A DNA stretch of 64,000 bases, from assembly GCA_030141605.1 (NCBI GenBank), contig JAQGDQ010000059.1:620001-684000 (forward strand), written 5' to 3'. Each line of letters opens with the position of its first letter. The first letter of the stretch is position 1. The translations under genes were made by a program, and so were the position numbers. Positions 39,601-51,499 of the stretch are shown here, piece by piece. This DNA comes from Tubiluchus corallicola. Taxonomy: Eukaryota; Animalia; Priapulida. The notes beneath the pieces are model-generated. The model was not told the origin of the DNA and did no database searches. It saw only the letters and a program-made list of their open reading frames with translations.

Positions 39601-41231
39601 GCAGTTAGACATTTTGGAAAATTTACAGAAGAAAAAGCCTGTCTTAGATATTACAAAGGTGTGAAGACAATTTTGTCATAAAATGTATCAAACTTCACAT
39701 TTTAAAAAATGAAAATATAGAGATATATTTTCTATATTGTTTAGCAAAAATCTATCAGTAAAATTCCAAAGTTATAATGATATTAATAATTAATGTGAAT
39801 AATTATACTCGTAGAACAATGATATAATTGCCATCTTCCGTAGGTATTGTTGGCAGTAACTTCATAAATTGCCAAAAATAGCACAAGGCTTGAGTTGGTC
39901 ATAACTTTTGTGAATAGGACCGAAGTACCTCATAAAGCATGTTTATCAAAATAAGCTATAACATTAAATGCTGAACGAATTATTAAACAAAGTTATCTGT
40001 GTAAGGAAATGCAAACACTTGTAATTGCTAAGAAAATCAAAAACTGGAATACAGCACTCAAAATGTTAAAGAAAAATCATGCCTGCTACATAATAAGGCT
40101 AACTTTAAAAGACAAACTAAAATAATGGAGTTTATTACATGTGAACTTGTGGCCTGAAATTAATCTTTGCAAAGATCAACCCAACTGTAGAAACCCATCA
40201 ATAGATGCCAAGTTTTGCTTGTTTTAATTGAATTAATGAGTGAATTAATTTTAGAAAGTGTTGAATATGAATGATCCAAAAAAAATTAGAATATCTTACC
40301 CAAAGTTACTAAAGTAGATTAATTGTACAGTTAAAGAGTTTATTATATTGTTTTGCAGGCAGTGAGTCACCAGATGCATACAGAACAAGTGTAAGCTGAC
40401 TTTTTTATACTAGATAGAACAGAATAATTAACTGTACTAACTTTATTTGTAACTAGGGAACTTAATAACCTAGGCAGTCAATGTATACCTTTGCAGTCAA
40501 TATTTGCATCTTTCATTCACTTTGTTAGCAAAAATTTCGATAGAATTTATTGTGTAGTAGCTTGTTTGTGATATTCAAGTACACTATCCAATATGTTGAA
40601 TGTTCCTGAATTTGATTCAACGGATCTGTCATTTATTCTGTAGTTATTATTGTTCTCTTATTTATGTATACACCCTGAGTGCATTCACAAGCTCAGTTTT
40701 TTTTAATTCAAGAGCATTAATTTTTGTAGATGTAAAAGCATCTTAAATTTTATTAACTCAATAAAATCTATGAGAACTAAACTATTAATAACAAAACAAA
40801 GACATGTTTGCTGTTATATGATGGAGTTAGTCATCCAAGAAATGTTAAGTCACTATAAAAACCTTATGTAGAAGTGCTCTAAGATGACTAAAATTTGCTT
40901 CAAAATTTCATAGAAGATTATTGTATTTCTATAGATTGACTTAAGAGATAAAACAAAGCTAAAAAACTATGAAATTTTGTAAAAAATGTATTTCTGCAGG
41001 TCAGCTCAAGAGGCAAAAAAAGCTGAAGAAACAGCACCGCGAAAAAAATCCAGGAAGCATGGTGGCAAGAAATCGAAGTTTTTGGGTAAAAGAAATCCTG
41101 GTCATGGAAAAGGAGTAGCAAATAGAAACAGAGGAGGAAGTGGAAAATTTAATCATGGTAAAGGTTTTGCTAAAAGGAATAAAGGAGGTGGAAAAGACCA
41201 GAAAAGCAAGGGAAAGAAGGGAAAGCGGTGA
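30687..41231 (+). CDS. RRS1: Ribosome biogenesis regulatory protein RRS1 homolog, ~376 aa
   Basis: Exons: 30687-30841, 33720-33801, 34676-34714, 35161-35199, 35587-35767, 35986-36102, 37673-37827, 39560-39658, 40359-40390, 41000-41231 (1131 nt, GT-AG, phases consistent). Motifs: DPGNLLACD, LARDNTQILLNKIWELP, LPREK.IPKPKPPTKWELFA..KGI, PRWGYKR, KKERIAKNELQR, STPSLGKF, and a basic C-terminal tail. Confidence 0.96.
31162..31518. mobile_element. Possible second TTAA-flanked (Kolobok-like) non-autonomous element in RRS1 intron 1
   Basis: TTAA|GGAACTCGACC ... GGTCCGAGGTTCC|TAAA: imperfect TIRs and target site. Confidence 0.4.
38480..39410 (-). mobile_element. Tigger/pogo (CENP-B-like) transposon remnant in RRS1 intron 7
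   Basis: The minus frame reads HSALSTIK...KRKSTSQDVEDALFIWLKYQRNKGAPVNVLLLKEEASEFASSM (HTH CENP-B/Tc5 DNA-binding domain). A pogo-like terminus TA|CAGTATAATCCACTTATAAT lies at 39412-39391. No DDE domain is left. Confidence 0.8.
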
Positions 41232-41766
41232 CGAGACTTTTCGTAAATAGTTTTGTTTATACTTCATAACTGTTTTAAGTAAGTTCTTGTGTTAAAATAC
41301 TCTCCTCACTATTCCACTCTTTTGTAATTCTTTTTTGACAACTGCAGTAATTGTGAAACATCTACGTTTGCGGAAACTGACTACTACGTTTAAGTTGAAC
41401 ATTTGAATTCAGAATCATTAACTTGAAGTCTGTATACTTTAAACTTTATAATAAGCAGGTTGTAGCTGCTCTCAAAATGTAAATTACAATAAACAAAATC
41501 TCCAATTTCAACAAATTTCTTGTGCAATCAAAGTTGTTATTAACTGTATTTTGTCTAGTGAAAGTAAAGTATTTACATTGATTTAATAAAATAGAATTTT
41601 TTTGAATAAAAAAATCAATAGATGTATTTTTTGTTGTACTGCGAATAATTTCTTATTCTTCTACACATTAATAATTCTGCTGCTTTTTCTTCTTCAAATT
41701 TTTCTTAAAAAGTATGTTATATTATACCTTATTTTTTTTTATTTGTACTGGTGTCATACGTCTCTA

Positions 41767-44700
41767 CTACTGTCGTCCATGAAAGTTGGAAAACTCGAAT
41801 GCTACTGGTACCGGTCTGTAGGCAGGCTCAATTCTGATCGAAGATGCTTCTATTTTACTGAATGGTGTACACTGGTTACAGTAATCAACTGCATTTGCTA
41901 TTTGGAAATCAAAAACACAGACTTGGAGCTCGTGGAAAAAGATAAGATCAGCTGGACAAGAACGAGGTAGATGGTGAGGAGTGCTTGTCTGCATATGGAC
42001 ACATTGATGATATTTATGACAGTCTTTTTGGTCTTGAAACAGGCCGTCTTTTGTGCATTTAAATGTCTTACAGTTCCCTGAGGTTTGAATTGGTGAAGTA
42101 GTTGTAGTCATTGTTGTAGTAGTAGGTAGTGGTGCTTTTGTTCTTGGCCTTCTTGTTCTGGGACGTCTGGTTCTAGGTCGTCTTGTTGTTCTTGGTGGCC
42201 CGATTCTGGGACGCCTAGTTCTGGGGCGCCTTGTTGTTCTTGGTCGCCTGGTTCTGGGACGTCTAGTTCTAGGGCCCCTTGTTGTTCTTGGTCGCCTGGT
42301 CCTTGGACGTTGTGTTCTAGGTTTCCTGGTTGGTCTTGGTCGTTTTGTTCTAGCTCGCTTTGTAGTTGTACGTCTTCTTGGCTTCTTAGTGGTTGCCGGT
42401 CTGCGTGTGCGCCGAGGTCTAGCAGTGGGTGTGGGAATCGGCCTTTCTGCTCTACGATCTCCTCCAAGTATTTCATTTATCTTGGTGAGCAGTGGATATT
42501 TTCCCTCATTGCACTGAGTTCCAGTAAAGTCGTCAAAGTCCAATGCCCAAATCATTGCACCACCTAAGTTTTTCTCTTTTGCAAACTCAGTCTGTAACAA
42601 GGCAATGAATTTTAATGTGTTGTTGCTTTACACGTTTTTTATTAATTTGTCTAAGATTGATAATTTTGTTCTTTTTCGTTATTTTTACTCACCTTCAAAG
42701 CAATACTCTGTATGTCATCATATGCAGCCCACTGTTTGTCTTTTACTGCATATGGTATTCTTGACTCATCATTCCAGTACCTAGTGAACCCGCTTTTCAA
42801 ATTATTACACATCTGTAAATACAGTTTGTTATTGTAAAGTCACTTGTTTTGCTTGCAGACCAAATGACTGTAAATGCCACACTAAATGACACATGGCACA
42901 CTTGTACGTCAGCTTTGTCTCATACTTTTATTTTTACTTTAAAGTACTTTTATATTTTTATTATTTTTTATATTGCTGCACTCTTATCTCAGATCTAAAT
43001 GTGAATTAGCACTGCAGTTAATTGTACTCCAATATTTAGTTTAGTACATCTCTCCTAGAGGTGGTTCAGCTTTAGAAACTTAGAGCTTAGAAGCTAGTGC
43101 AAGTGCTGCTTGCTTATCTTTGTTACAAAATATTTACTAGTAAGCACTCAGATGAGCTCATTAATAAAGGTTATTTCTTAAAATCAGAAGTTCTGTACAC
43201 AAATGTTTTATATTGCAATCTACAAAAAATTAAACTAAATCTTTTAGCGGTGATACTATCCATGAATGTGAATATAAACTTTACCTCATAATAAGACAAA
43301 AACCCAGCCTGTTTAGTATACCTTCCAGCAGGGCATCCTTGCTTAGTAGATGGGTCACCTAGATCTGATTGTGCTGCACTGGACAAGATGACACAGCGTC
43401 CGTAGGTCGGCATTCCAAGGTTGAGCTTTGATGGAGGTGCTCCACCTTGGATCCACTTGTTTACACCCCACTCCTAATAAAAAACGAATTGTTTTTAATT
43501 CTCTGCTGAATTTCCTTGAATTATGGCCAAACAATATTTTGCTACTGGCTTTTTATAATAGACTGGTGGCTTAGTGACATTTACTGATATACATTCTTCT
43601 TTTTGAGGTGATTTTTGTTCGTACAGTAATTATTAGGATCTGCTTGACAATTATTTATTTTATGTTTCCTGCTTTTACTTTTTGGTTTTTCTGTTTTTGC
43701 TTTTTCTCTGTTTTTATCAGTTGTTTCTGGATAGGCAAGCTAGTATTGCGTTACATATGGACCATGTTCATACACTATAACGTCTGTATTTTGTTCAGAC
43801 TTACCACATTAACCGTTCTTTGACTAGAGTCCTCATCGGAGCGGGCATGCAGTGGTGCATTGTGTCCAGTAAAGGCGTCCCATGTGCCATGCATATCGTA
43901 TGCCATCAAGTTCAGAAAATCAGCATGCCTACACAAAAAAACAGTCGGTAATGTTCCACAATTATTGTATTTGGTAAGCTGTGTTTCTTGTGTGAGTGAA
44001 AAGTGCTTGCAATAATTTGCATTTCTTTTTATACTTGTTAAATGAAATGTAGCTACTAGTAGTTTGAGCAGTATGAAAAGTGAAATGAAGCAGCCGCTTA
44101 CCTAGCCATACCAGAGATATCATATCCAGGACGGAGGTAGTAATTACTGATTGGTACAGCAGCTGTGATCAAGAGACGGAACTCTCCCGTGTTTCTTGCT
44201 TTCTCCTCAAATGAGTCACGTATTGCCTGTGGAAAACAACAAGGTAGTCAATTGTAATTTGCTGAAGTATTATTGTCATTGAAGTCATTGAAATTCTACT
44301 CTAGCGTTCTTTCTAGGAACTTTCTTCCTGAGAATCAGGTCTAAAGTACCACTGATTTGCATTCATTACTCATAGACTAAAGTCATAGCATTTTGAGTCT
44401 GGTAATATGTAATAGTCTAGTGAATGTTTTCGTAATGGAATTTAATAGTTATGCGGCGGAGCTGATTTCCCAATGATAACTGCAGAACAATTTAATACTT
44501 AATTTTCAATTGTAAATTAATATAGATTTATATTGATATTTTGGTGATTATTTCCCATTTATCCAATTACTTTTTTAACGACAACCGATATTTTATAGAT
44601 TAATTTGCCAGTTGCAATGGCTATTAGCTTATTGGGCACTTGTAGTAATAGTAGTAATTTACTGATTGTAAATTATGAGCGGAACAATTTTACAGTACAT

Positions 44701-47700
44701 TAAGCAGATACAGTGATTGTTGATATGTATACAAAAGTTCAGGAGGTTTTATACTTTAACACAGAAATTGCAACTATAAAGTATGGCAAATACAAATGCA
44801 GCGTCCAGAACTCGTTTTTGCGACAAATGGAAAATCTACATTTTTGTCTAGGAAGGCAACAAAATTCAATAAATGACGATACTTATTATCACAATGTTTT
44901 TAAATAGCAGATGAACGTTTACCGCCCCTAGATACACCTAATCACACCTTCAACTCATTCACTGTGATGGGCAGCCTGTCACCTACTTCCGCATTTATAA
45001 TTAGAAATTTCGTCTTCTTATTATTAATTATCATATCAGATGATTGGCAAAATTCTAGTAAGATTTTTAATTTAACTACTAACTGATCTCTGGCAGTTGC
45101 AAGTATGACAGTGTCGTCCATCACTGTCGTACATGATAACTATCAGCTTAGCCATTGAATTTCTGTTGATAAATAATACCTTAGTTAAATAAGTTAATAT
45201 TTTCCTGATTTGTTCTTAGTGGTAATTAATAATTTGTATTTACTTTCATTAGTAGTGGGTAGTTTTTCTTGTCGGCTGATCTGCCACCTCTGCTTTGTTC
45301 TGCTGGAAATTCCCAGTCAATATCCAAACCATCAAATCCGAATTTCCTGTAAGGAAGATTCTTTGTAGTAGAGTATAATTGTTATTGGTCGTTCGCTAAG
45401 TCATTCTTTTACTTCATTTGTTTGTTTGCTCACTCGATCATTTTTGTGGGTTGATTCATTTATACACTTATTTTTCCTTTGTATTTACTCATAATTTATC
45501 TATCCAATATCCACACGTCCATCCATCAATCAATTAAAACAAACAATTAGTTCATACGTTTATTCAATCGACATCATCATTCATTTATTCATTCAATGAG
45601 TCATTTATTTATTTATTTACATATTTCTTTATTTATTTATTCAATTGCTCATTCACTTCTTCTTGTACTCATGATTCACATTTAGGTTCGTTTATTCAAA
45701 TTTTATTCATTCATTTATATACTATCATTTTATGTACATATCTATTTATTTGTTCCTTTGTTTGCTTATTCCTTAATTCGTTCGTTAATAACAGCTGCAC
45801 TCACTTCTTTATTTTTTCGTATGCATGAATGAGCACTACTCACTTCAGAAACTTGTAAGCATTGCTGGCAAATTTCTCCCGTCCTTTGGCGCTTGAGCTC
45901 ATTGTACTGAAAGGGCCTGGACCGAAATTATAACCTCCAACTGCTAGCAGCACCTTGAGATCAGGATTTTCATTTTTCAAGTTGATAACTTCCTTGTACA
46001 TTTCTACAATGAGGGTTTGTGAAAAATACAAACATGTCATTCTTGCAACTGTTAATCTGAGGAACGTTGTACACTGTGCAGGACTTCATTGACTACACTT
46101 ATAAGACATGGCATATAATATTTATGTCTACTACACACAGTTTTACTCCACCAACCAACATTCAAAATGCCGACGATTTGTTTAAGACTTTAAATTGTGT
46201 CAGAAATGACATATTGAGAAAGCTTGGATGAAAATTTGTTACAATTTTGGCAGTCAGATATACCAAAAGGCTAAGGAAACTAAAATGTACCATTAAAATT
46301 AAATTATATCTATTTAAATCAAGTTAGATCCGAAAATAAGATGTAACATCTAGCTTAGTGCAATTTAGTTGTAATTTGGCAAGCTCAAAATGCTTAGTGG
46401 CCCAAGGTGTGATATGAGGCAGGCATAAGGATTAAGGAAGATTTACCTGTGCTCCAAAACGATGTCTAAATTGTTCTACTGAATAGTGAGATCAATTGAC
46501 GTCTAACATAATGTCAATCATTTTCGTTGACTGCCCAATCAGCGTGCAAGTTATTTCACGCACTCAGCAGCAGGTACGTTCGGGACATTTAGCTACAGCT
46601 CCGCCTAACACTGTTATCGAAAAATGCTCACCTTTTCATTAGTTAGCGGGAGAAATATTGGCCTGGTTCTAGATTTTATTATAGTCAATTGAAATTGCAA
46701 GAGAATTAGTGGAAATATATAGTCTAGGTTCGTTTATCAGGAAAATACGCAGTTTAGTTTAATTTATAGCTTTGCAAGTTAGATAAAAACAACTATTTGA
46801 AATTTAATATTAATTAATTTTATCCTATTTTTCTGGTTATAATAATGGTTAAAGGATGCCATTGGGACTTATGTGACTCGGGCATTTAATGTAAGTGTTG
46901 TCTAATAAATGGAACAGACAAATTTATTCCATTTCCATAGCCTATCAAACGGAAAAATACAAAAACTGAATAAATCGTGCAGCCGAGCACATGATCAGTT
47001 AATATAGAAAAATACGTCACAGGCTTGATGTTCGTATGTTTAAAGGCAAGAGAGACTCGTTGTTGTTGCTCATTTATTGTAAAGCAAGGCTAACTGGCTT
47101 AGTTTCTTTATTATACTTATGCCTCTGTATTTTGTAGTGCTTTGAAACTTCGTATCTACATTCTGTTTAATTGGAAAAGTCATTTTTGGTTAGATGAAGT
47201 GTTAATTTCGTATAAAAATAGCTGCTGCTATGTAAATTTGTGTTTATGAAAAAGTGCAATCAGTTTATCAGCTGATTAAACATTAACTGTGACTGTTATG
47301 TTGTTTAGTTTAGTTTAGTTTAGTTTAAATTAGACAGTTGTTGTCCTGCGTGAGCTGTTGTCCCGAATGCTGCTGAGCGTGCTTACTTTGCACCGGGGGC
47401 GGAGCGACAGACCAACATGTTTGACGTCAATTGGTTTTGGTGACCTGGGGTACTAGTGGTACCTACACTCGCTTACCTGTACCAACCTAAGCACCTATGC
47501 CTGCACACTAGTGATACCTATCTACTAGAACACGGACTTTCAGTGTCGTCCGTAATAAATACTGCTTACCGGGTTTAGCTTTTCCTGCCAGTTGTACGAA
47601 ATGTCTTATCTGACATTTTCGCCACGTCTTGAATGTCTTTAAAGAGAATGTTTACGACTGCCTGGCTTGCATTATTGTTAAAACACCCGTGGCGCACTCA

Positions 47701-49209
47701 GAATTTTAACAAGGTAGTAGATTACAAGCTTGTAAACGAAACATCGCGTAATTGAAACTCAAACTTAAACATGACAGCCGGAATTTTTGTCAAAACTTGA
47801 AGCCTAATAGTGCTTCTTTAACGAGTAATGATGATCGACTAAATTGACTTTAGTTTATTTTCTTCACTACGTTGTAAATTTTGTTTGCAGAAGTGATAAG
47901 TCTAACTTGATTTTTTTAGCCAAACATTACACACTTGTATTAATTTGCTGCCATGCACTTTAGATTTAGAAACGTTAAACAGATCTTATTGACCTTGTTT
48001 TTTGGAACCAACAACTGCTAATGTACGAAGCTTGTTTGACAGTTCACGTTTTGGTAAATGCTGAAATTTCTGTAAGCCGCTACTGTTAAAAAGTTTAGAC
48101 TTCCCCTTTTTCCACGCTATTTCTATACTATATTGTGTAGCAGGGTCTTTGTCAAGAGTAAAGACATGATTCACGTCTATTGATCTAACGATCCTAGGAC
48201 AAGTTCGTTACGCTTTTAGTCGTTCAAGGACATCAGCATTTAAAAGCGATTTTTAGTCAAGTGTCGCACAGACCAAGTGTACCACTTTACGTTTGCGTTT
48301 CACCAAGCCAATTTCAATTGCTTTCTTTCAAGAGTATAAACAGTAAACATTTGTATTCAAAACCCTGTTAACTGAACAGCAATGGTTTGCAACATTCACT
48401 TTGCAAAGGCTTCATTACAGTTAATATTTTAATTACTAAGTGTACACAAAACGATCATTATGTTCACCCAAAATACTCGCCTATTTTTATGCATTTGGAG
48501 GCCGTATTCGTTTGCTAATTGCTGCTCATAGATTCGCCTTATCAAGACATTAAACTTTTTTTATGAGACACTAGTAAATAGCAACGCTAATTCGGTAATA
48601 TCAATATATTTTGGGCTCCAAAGTTTCTAGTTTTTGAGTGAGTGACGTCTAATTTTTTTTCTTTCGGGATTTCATTATCCCGCAATGTAAAACCATCATG
48701 CAAATAACTAAAGATAAGATATTCTTTATCTTTTTGGGCATAAGTTTGGGCCTGAATGGCTTCAGCAAGCTCCTAACTCGATTTTTTATGCACACTCAGT
48801 GCAAGTAGCTCAACATCATCATCGTCTATTATCTGATTTAGAATTGGCGAAAAGTGCACATTCACCTATTGATTAATTGCTGGCTTGATCATCATGCTGT
48901 GTTAGATCTAATGGACAGACAGACCGACAAGCTAGTTTTATTGTATTATTAATTACATAAGCTAACCTTACTTTCGTCATTCCATTCGAATGTTTTAAGA
49001 TTGAATGCTGGTCCGCCGTTGAACGTGGAGAAAGCGTATATGACGTGGGTGCACAAGAAAGGGTCAATGTTTGATGGCAAAAATCGGGCAACTCCGCTCC
49101 GATACTGGCTCCAGTTCGTGTAGTAGCAAACCACTCGATAAGGTGCAGCACTAACAAACTGACTCTGACAGATGATTAGCAAGAACGCTCCAATGACAAG
49201 GAGTTGCAT
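41767..49209 (-). CDS. Secreted GH18 chitinase with Arg/Pro/Thr linker and C-terminal CBM14 chitin-binding domain, ~627 aa
   Basis: Exons: 49209-48972 (signal peptide, [21 protein letters not shown]), 46003-45844 ([12 protein letters not shown]), 45346-45244 ([11 protein letters not shown], catalytic DxDxE intact), 44226-44102, 43928-43805 ([10 protein letters not shown]), 43473-43285 ([11 protein letters not shown]), 42812-42693, 42591-41767 ([13 protein letters not shown], linker, CBM14). Total 1884 nt, phases consistent. Confidence 0.96.
42136..42330 (-). repeat. Coding tandem repeat: 15-nt RRPRT units in a 48-nt higher-order unit
   Basis: About three copies of [16 protein letters not shown]; DNA units such as ttgttgttcttggtcgcctggttctgggacgtctagttct. 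Confidence 0.9.
44760..45140 (-). mobile_element. Non-LTR RT fragment (MDD-type catalytic motif) in a chitinase intron
   Basis: [43 protein letters not shown]...YLG, then [13 protein letters not shown] and [15 protein letters not shown] in shifted frames. Confidence 0.8.
45400..45800. repeat. Degenerate (ATTC/ATTT)n tetranucleotide tract
   Basis: ttcatttattcattcaatgagtcatttatttatttattt... Confidence 0.6.
47300..47600 (-). mobile_element. Possible SINE/LINE 3' end with (CTAAA)n tail
   Basis: A GC-richer block at 47330-47600 abuts (gttta)n at 47303-47326, which is a (TAAAC)n tail on the minus strand. Confidence 0.35.
47900..48250 (-). mobile_element. Very old non-LTR RT remnant
   Basis: NHVFTL (cf. 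DHIFTL) and [14 protein letters not shown] (cf. RxxLWxKLxxxGVxG) occur in RT order. Confidence 0.35.
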
Positions 49210-51499
49210 TGTTGCACTCGTTGTTATGGCTTTGATGATGGTTGAGGCACTCGCTAAATGAAGAAAAAATATATTGAAAGAAATGTTTATAGAATATATT
49301 TAATGCAAAATCAGACTTTAATTCTTTGTGTGGGTGTGGCTTCAGCTGTACCTTCTTTGGACATTTTTAGAAACCATTGATAAAATGTTCAGTGCGAATA
49401 TTATATAAGAATCTTGGATTTTATAAACTCATTTAATTAGTATTTAACTCTTTTTTAGAGATGTTCGTGTGAATAAAGTATTAACCTGCCCTATCTGCCA
49501 TCTCTGGAATGTTTTACTATGGTGCTGGGTGGTTTGTTTGGGGCAATGTACAGTAATAGTAAAATGTTTTGTTTTCTTTCCATAGCCCACACAATCAACT
49601 GTTGAAATGCAGAGCCTTCAGAATTATTTAAAATTAAATTCATTTTTATTCGGGCTTCTAATGCAGTAAATTCTTTTTCATTTATCGTCATTAATTTACT
49701 CATATTTATACTAAAATAATCATCATGTTCGTGTTTTTCTGTTTTTTTTTCACCAATATACTTGAGAAAAACATGCATATAATAGCGTTCATGCTATTAG
49801 GTAAAAAACAAAAATTTGAGGCATTTCTGTTTTCATAGCACTTCAGTAATGTACGTGCCTTCCAAAAGCCACAATTCGCAATGCACAATTCCAGCTGCAG
49901 TCAAATTATCGTATCGCACGGAATTTAAAAATACATACGCAGATTTCACAACTAATAAAGAATATGTAACAAAATTAGATGCACGTCCAATCCCATTATT
50001 GTTCTATTTTCTGCAATAATTCTAGTGCTTTGTTAGTGCTACACTTACCTGTTTACTAATAAGCCATTCGTATATCTATGTTGAACTTCAGTTTCTGTAC
50101 ACACATGTACATGTATGATTCACATTTCCTGCATCCCGGACAATCCTTTTCCTGTCCCTTTTCGTACTGATCGCCCAATCGAAGCAGTTTTAGTCAGAGA
50201 GAGTATAAATTCTTCGCTGAAAGATAGTACCAATCCACCGCAGTTAGAATCGAAGCCTGAAATCTGCTCATCGCCTGACTCTTCAGAACCGACAACTTTC
50301 ACCTCGGAAGAGATTCTATCTCTAATATACATGCATGATAACGCTTGCAAGAATAATCACTTACTCACAGATAACTTTCTAAATGATAATAAATAATTCG
50401 TAATAATTTCTAAATTAATAGCACAAGGCATTGTTTAGGAATCACCAGTGGACGACAAAGTTGCGCAGTGTCCGTCCAGCATCACTTCAAATATGGCAAA
50501 GACTGTAAAGTAGACAATCACCTGGAATGTTTTACGTTTTTGTTGTAAGATTAATTTCTATCAGAACTTCATAGGTGTCTATGTCTAGATGACTCTTGTC
50601 CAATGACATGCAAACTATTGAAGGTAATTCCGATAAAAAATAAACATGAGCTTTACATTGTATCAGTCTGAAAGCTTCTCGAGTTCTTGTACGTGTAAAT
50701 CTATCAAAAATTAGTCTGTTGACTTACTGCATTAGAAAATTTCGATAACGAAAGTGAGTTAGGGTGTTTGGCCTTAAATGGAAACAGGATGATTTTTCAT
50801 ATCTCACCCATTTTGAAGTAAGGTAAAAAGTATACATTTTAGCACATATAATAATGCTAAAACGTTTCTGGTAAAGAAATACTAGATTAATAAGTTAATG
50901 AACATGGGGCGAGTCCAGCTAGTGGTGACATCACAACTGAATATGATTTTTAACACCACAAGCATTCCACGAGTGTATTGCACGTGTTTGCAAAAGCGAA
51001 AATGAAAGTACAGTGCGAAAGTACGACATTCGTTGTGATTACAAAAACTCGGCAAATTTTAAGTTTAAATTTCGAATTTACCGCTGTGCTCACGCATGAG
51101 CTCCCGAACGTGTGCACTACATCAAAACTGAGCATCTCTGAACTACGAGGTATAGAAAGCGTCTCAAAATGTTCTCCAATCTTTCGTGATTTTGAAATTG
51201 TTGTCGAAAATTAGGAACAATTGCCGACATATTTGCGCAAGTTTGGCACATATGGAGATAACTTTAAGACAGTTTGGCGGTTTTGACTGGGTGGCGAGCA
51301 TTGCGATTCCAGTGACAAACTTTAAACCTTTTAAAATTTTCTCGAAGCCAGCGACGTTTTGGTGACAACGATGAACATCCGCGAATTTTTTGCGCCTATT
51401 TGAGGCACTCTTAAATTGGAGGACTTCGGGCAGTCACCGAACTCGCGTATTCCGTAAAACCCTGGCTTTAACGAACAGTATGCTGTTTACATCCAGATG

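Noticed and set aside
42108-42567. Alternative-frame ORFs over the chitinase linker (acidic PGDQEQQG repeat; antisense Ser/Cys ORF)
   Set aside because: They are by-products of the tandem repeat. Only the Arg-rich frame is continuous with both the GH18 and CBM14 domains.
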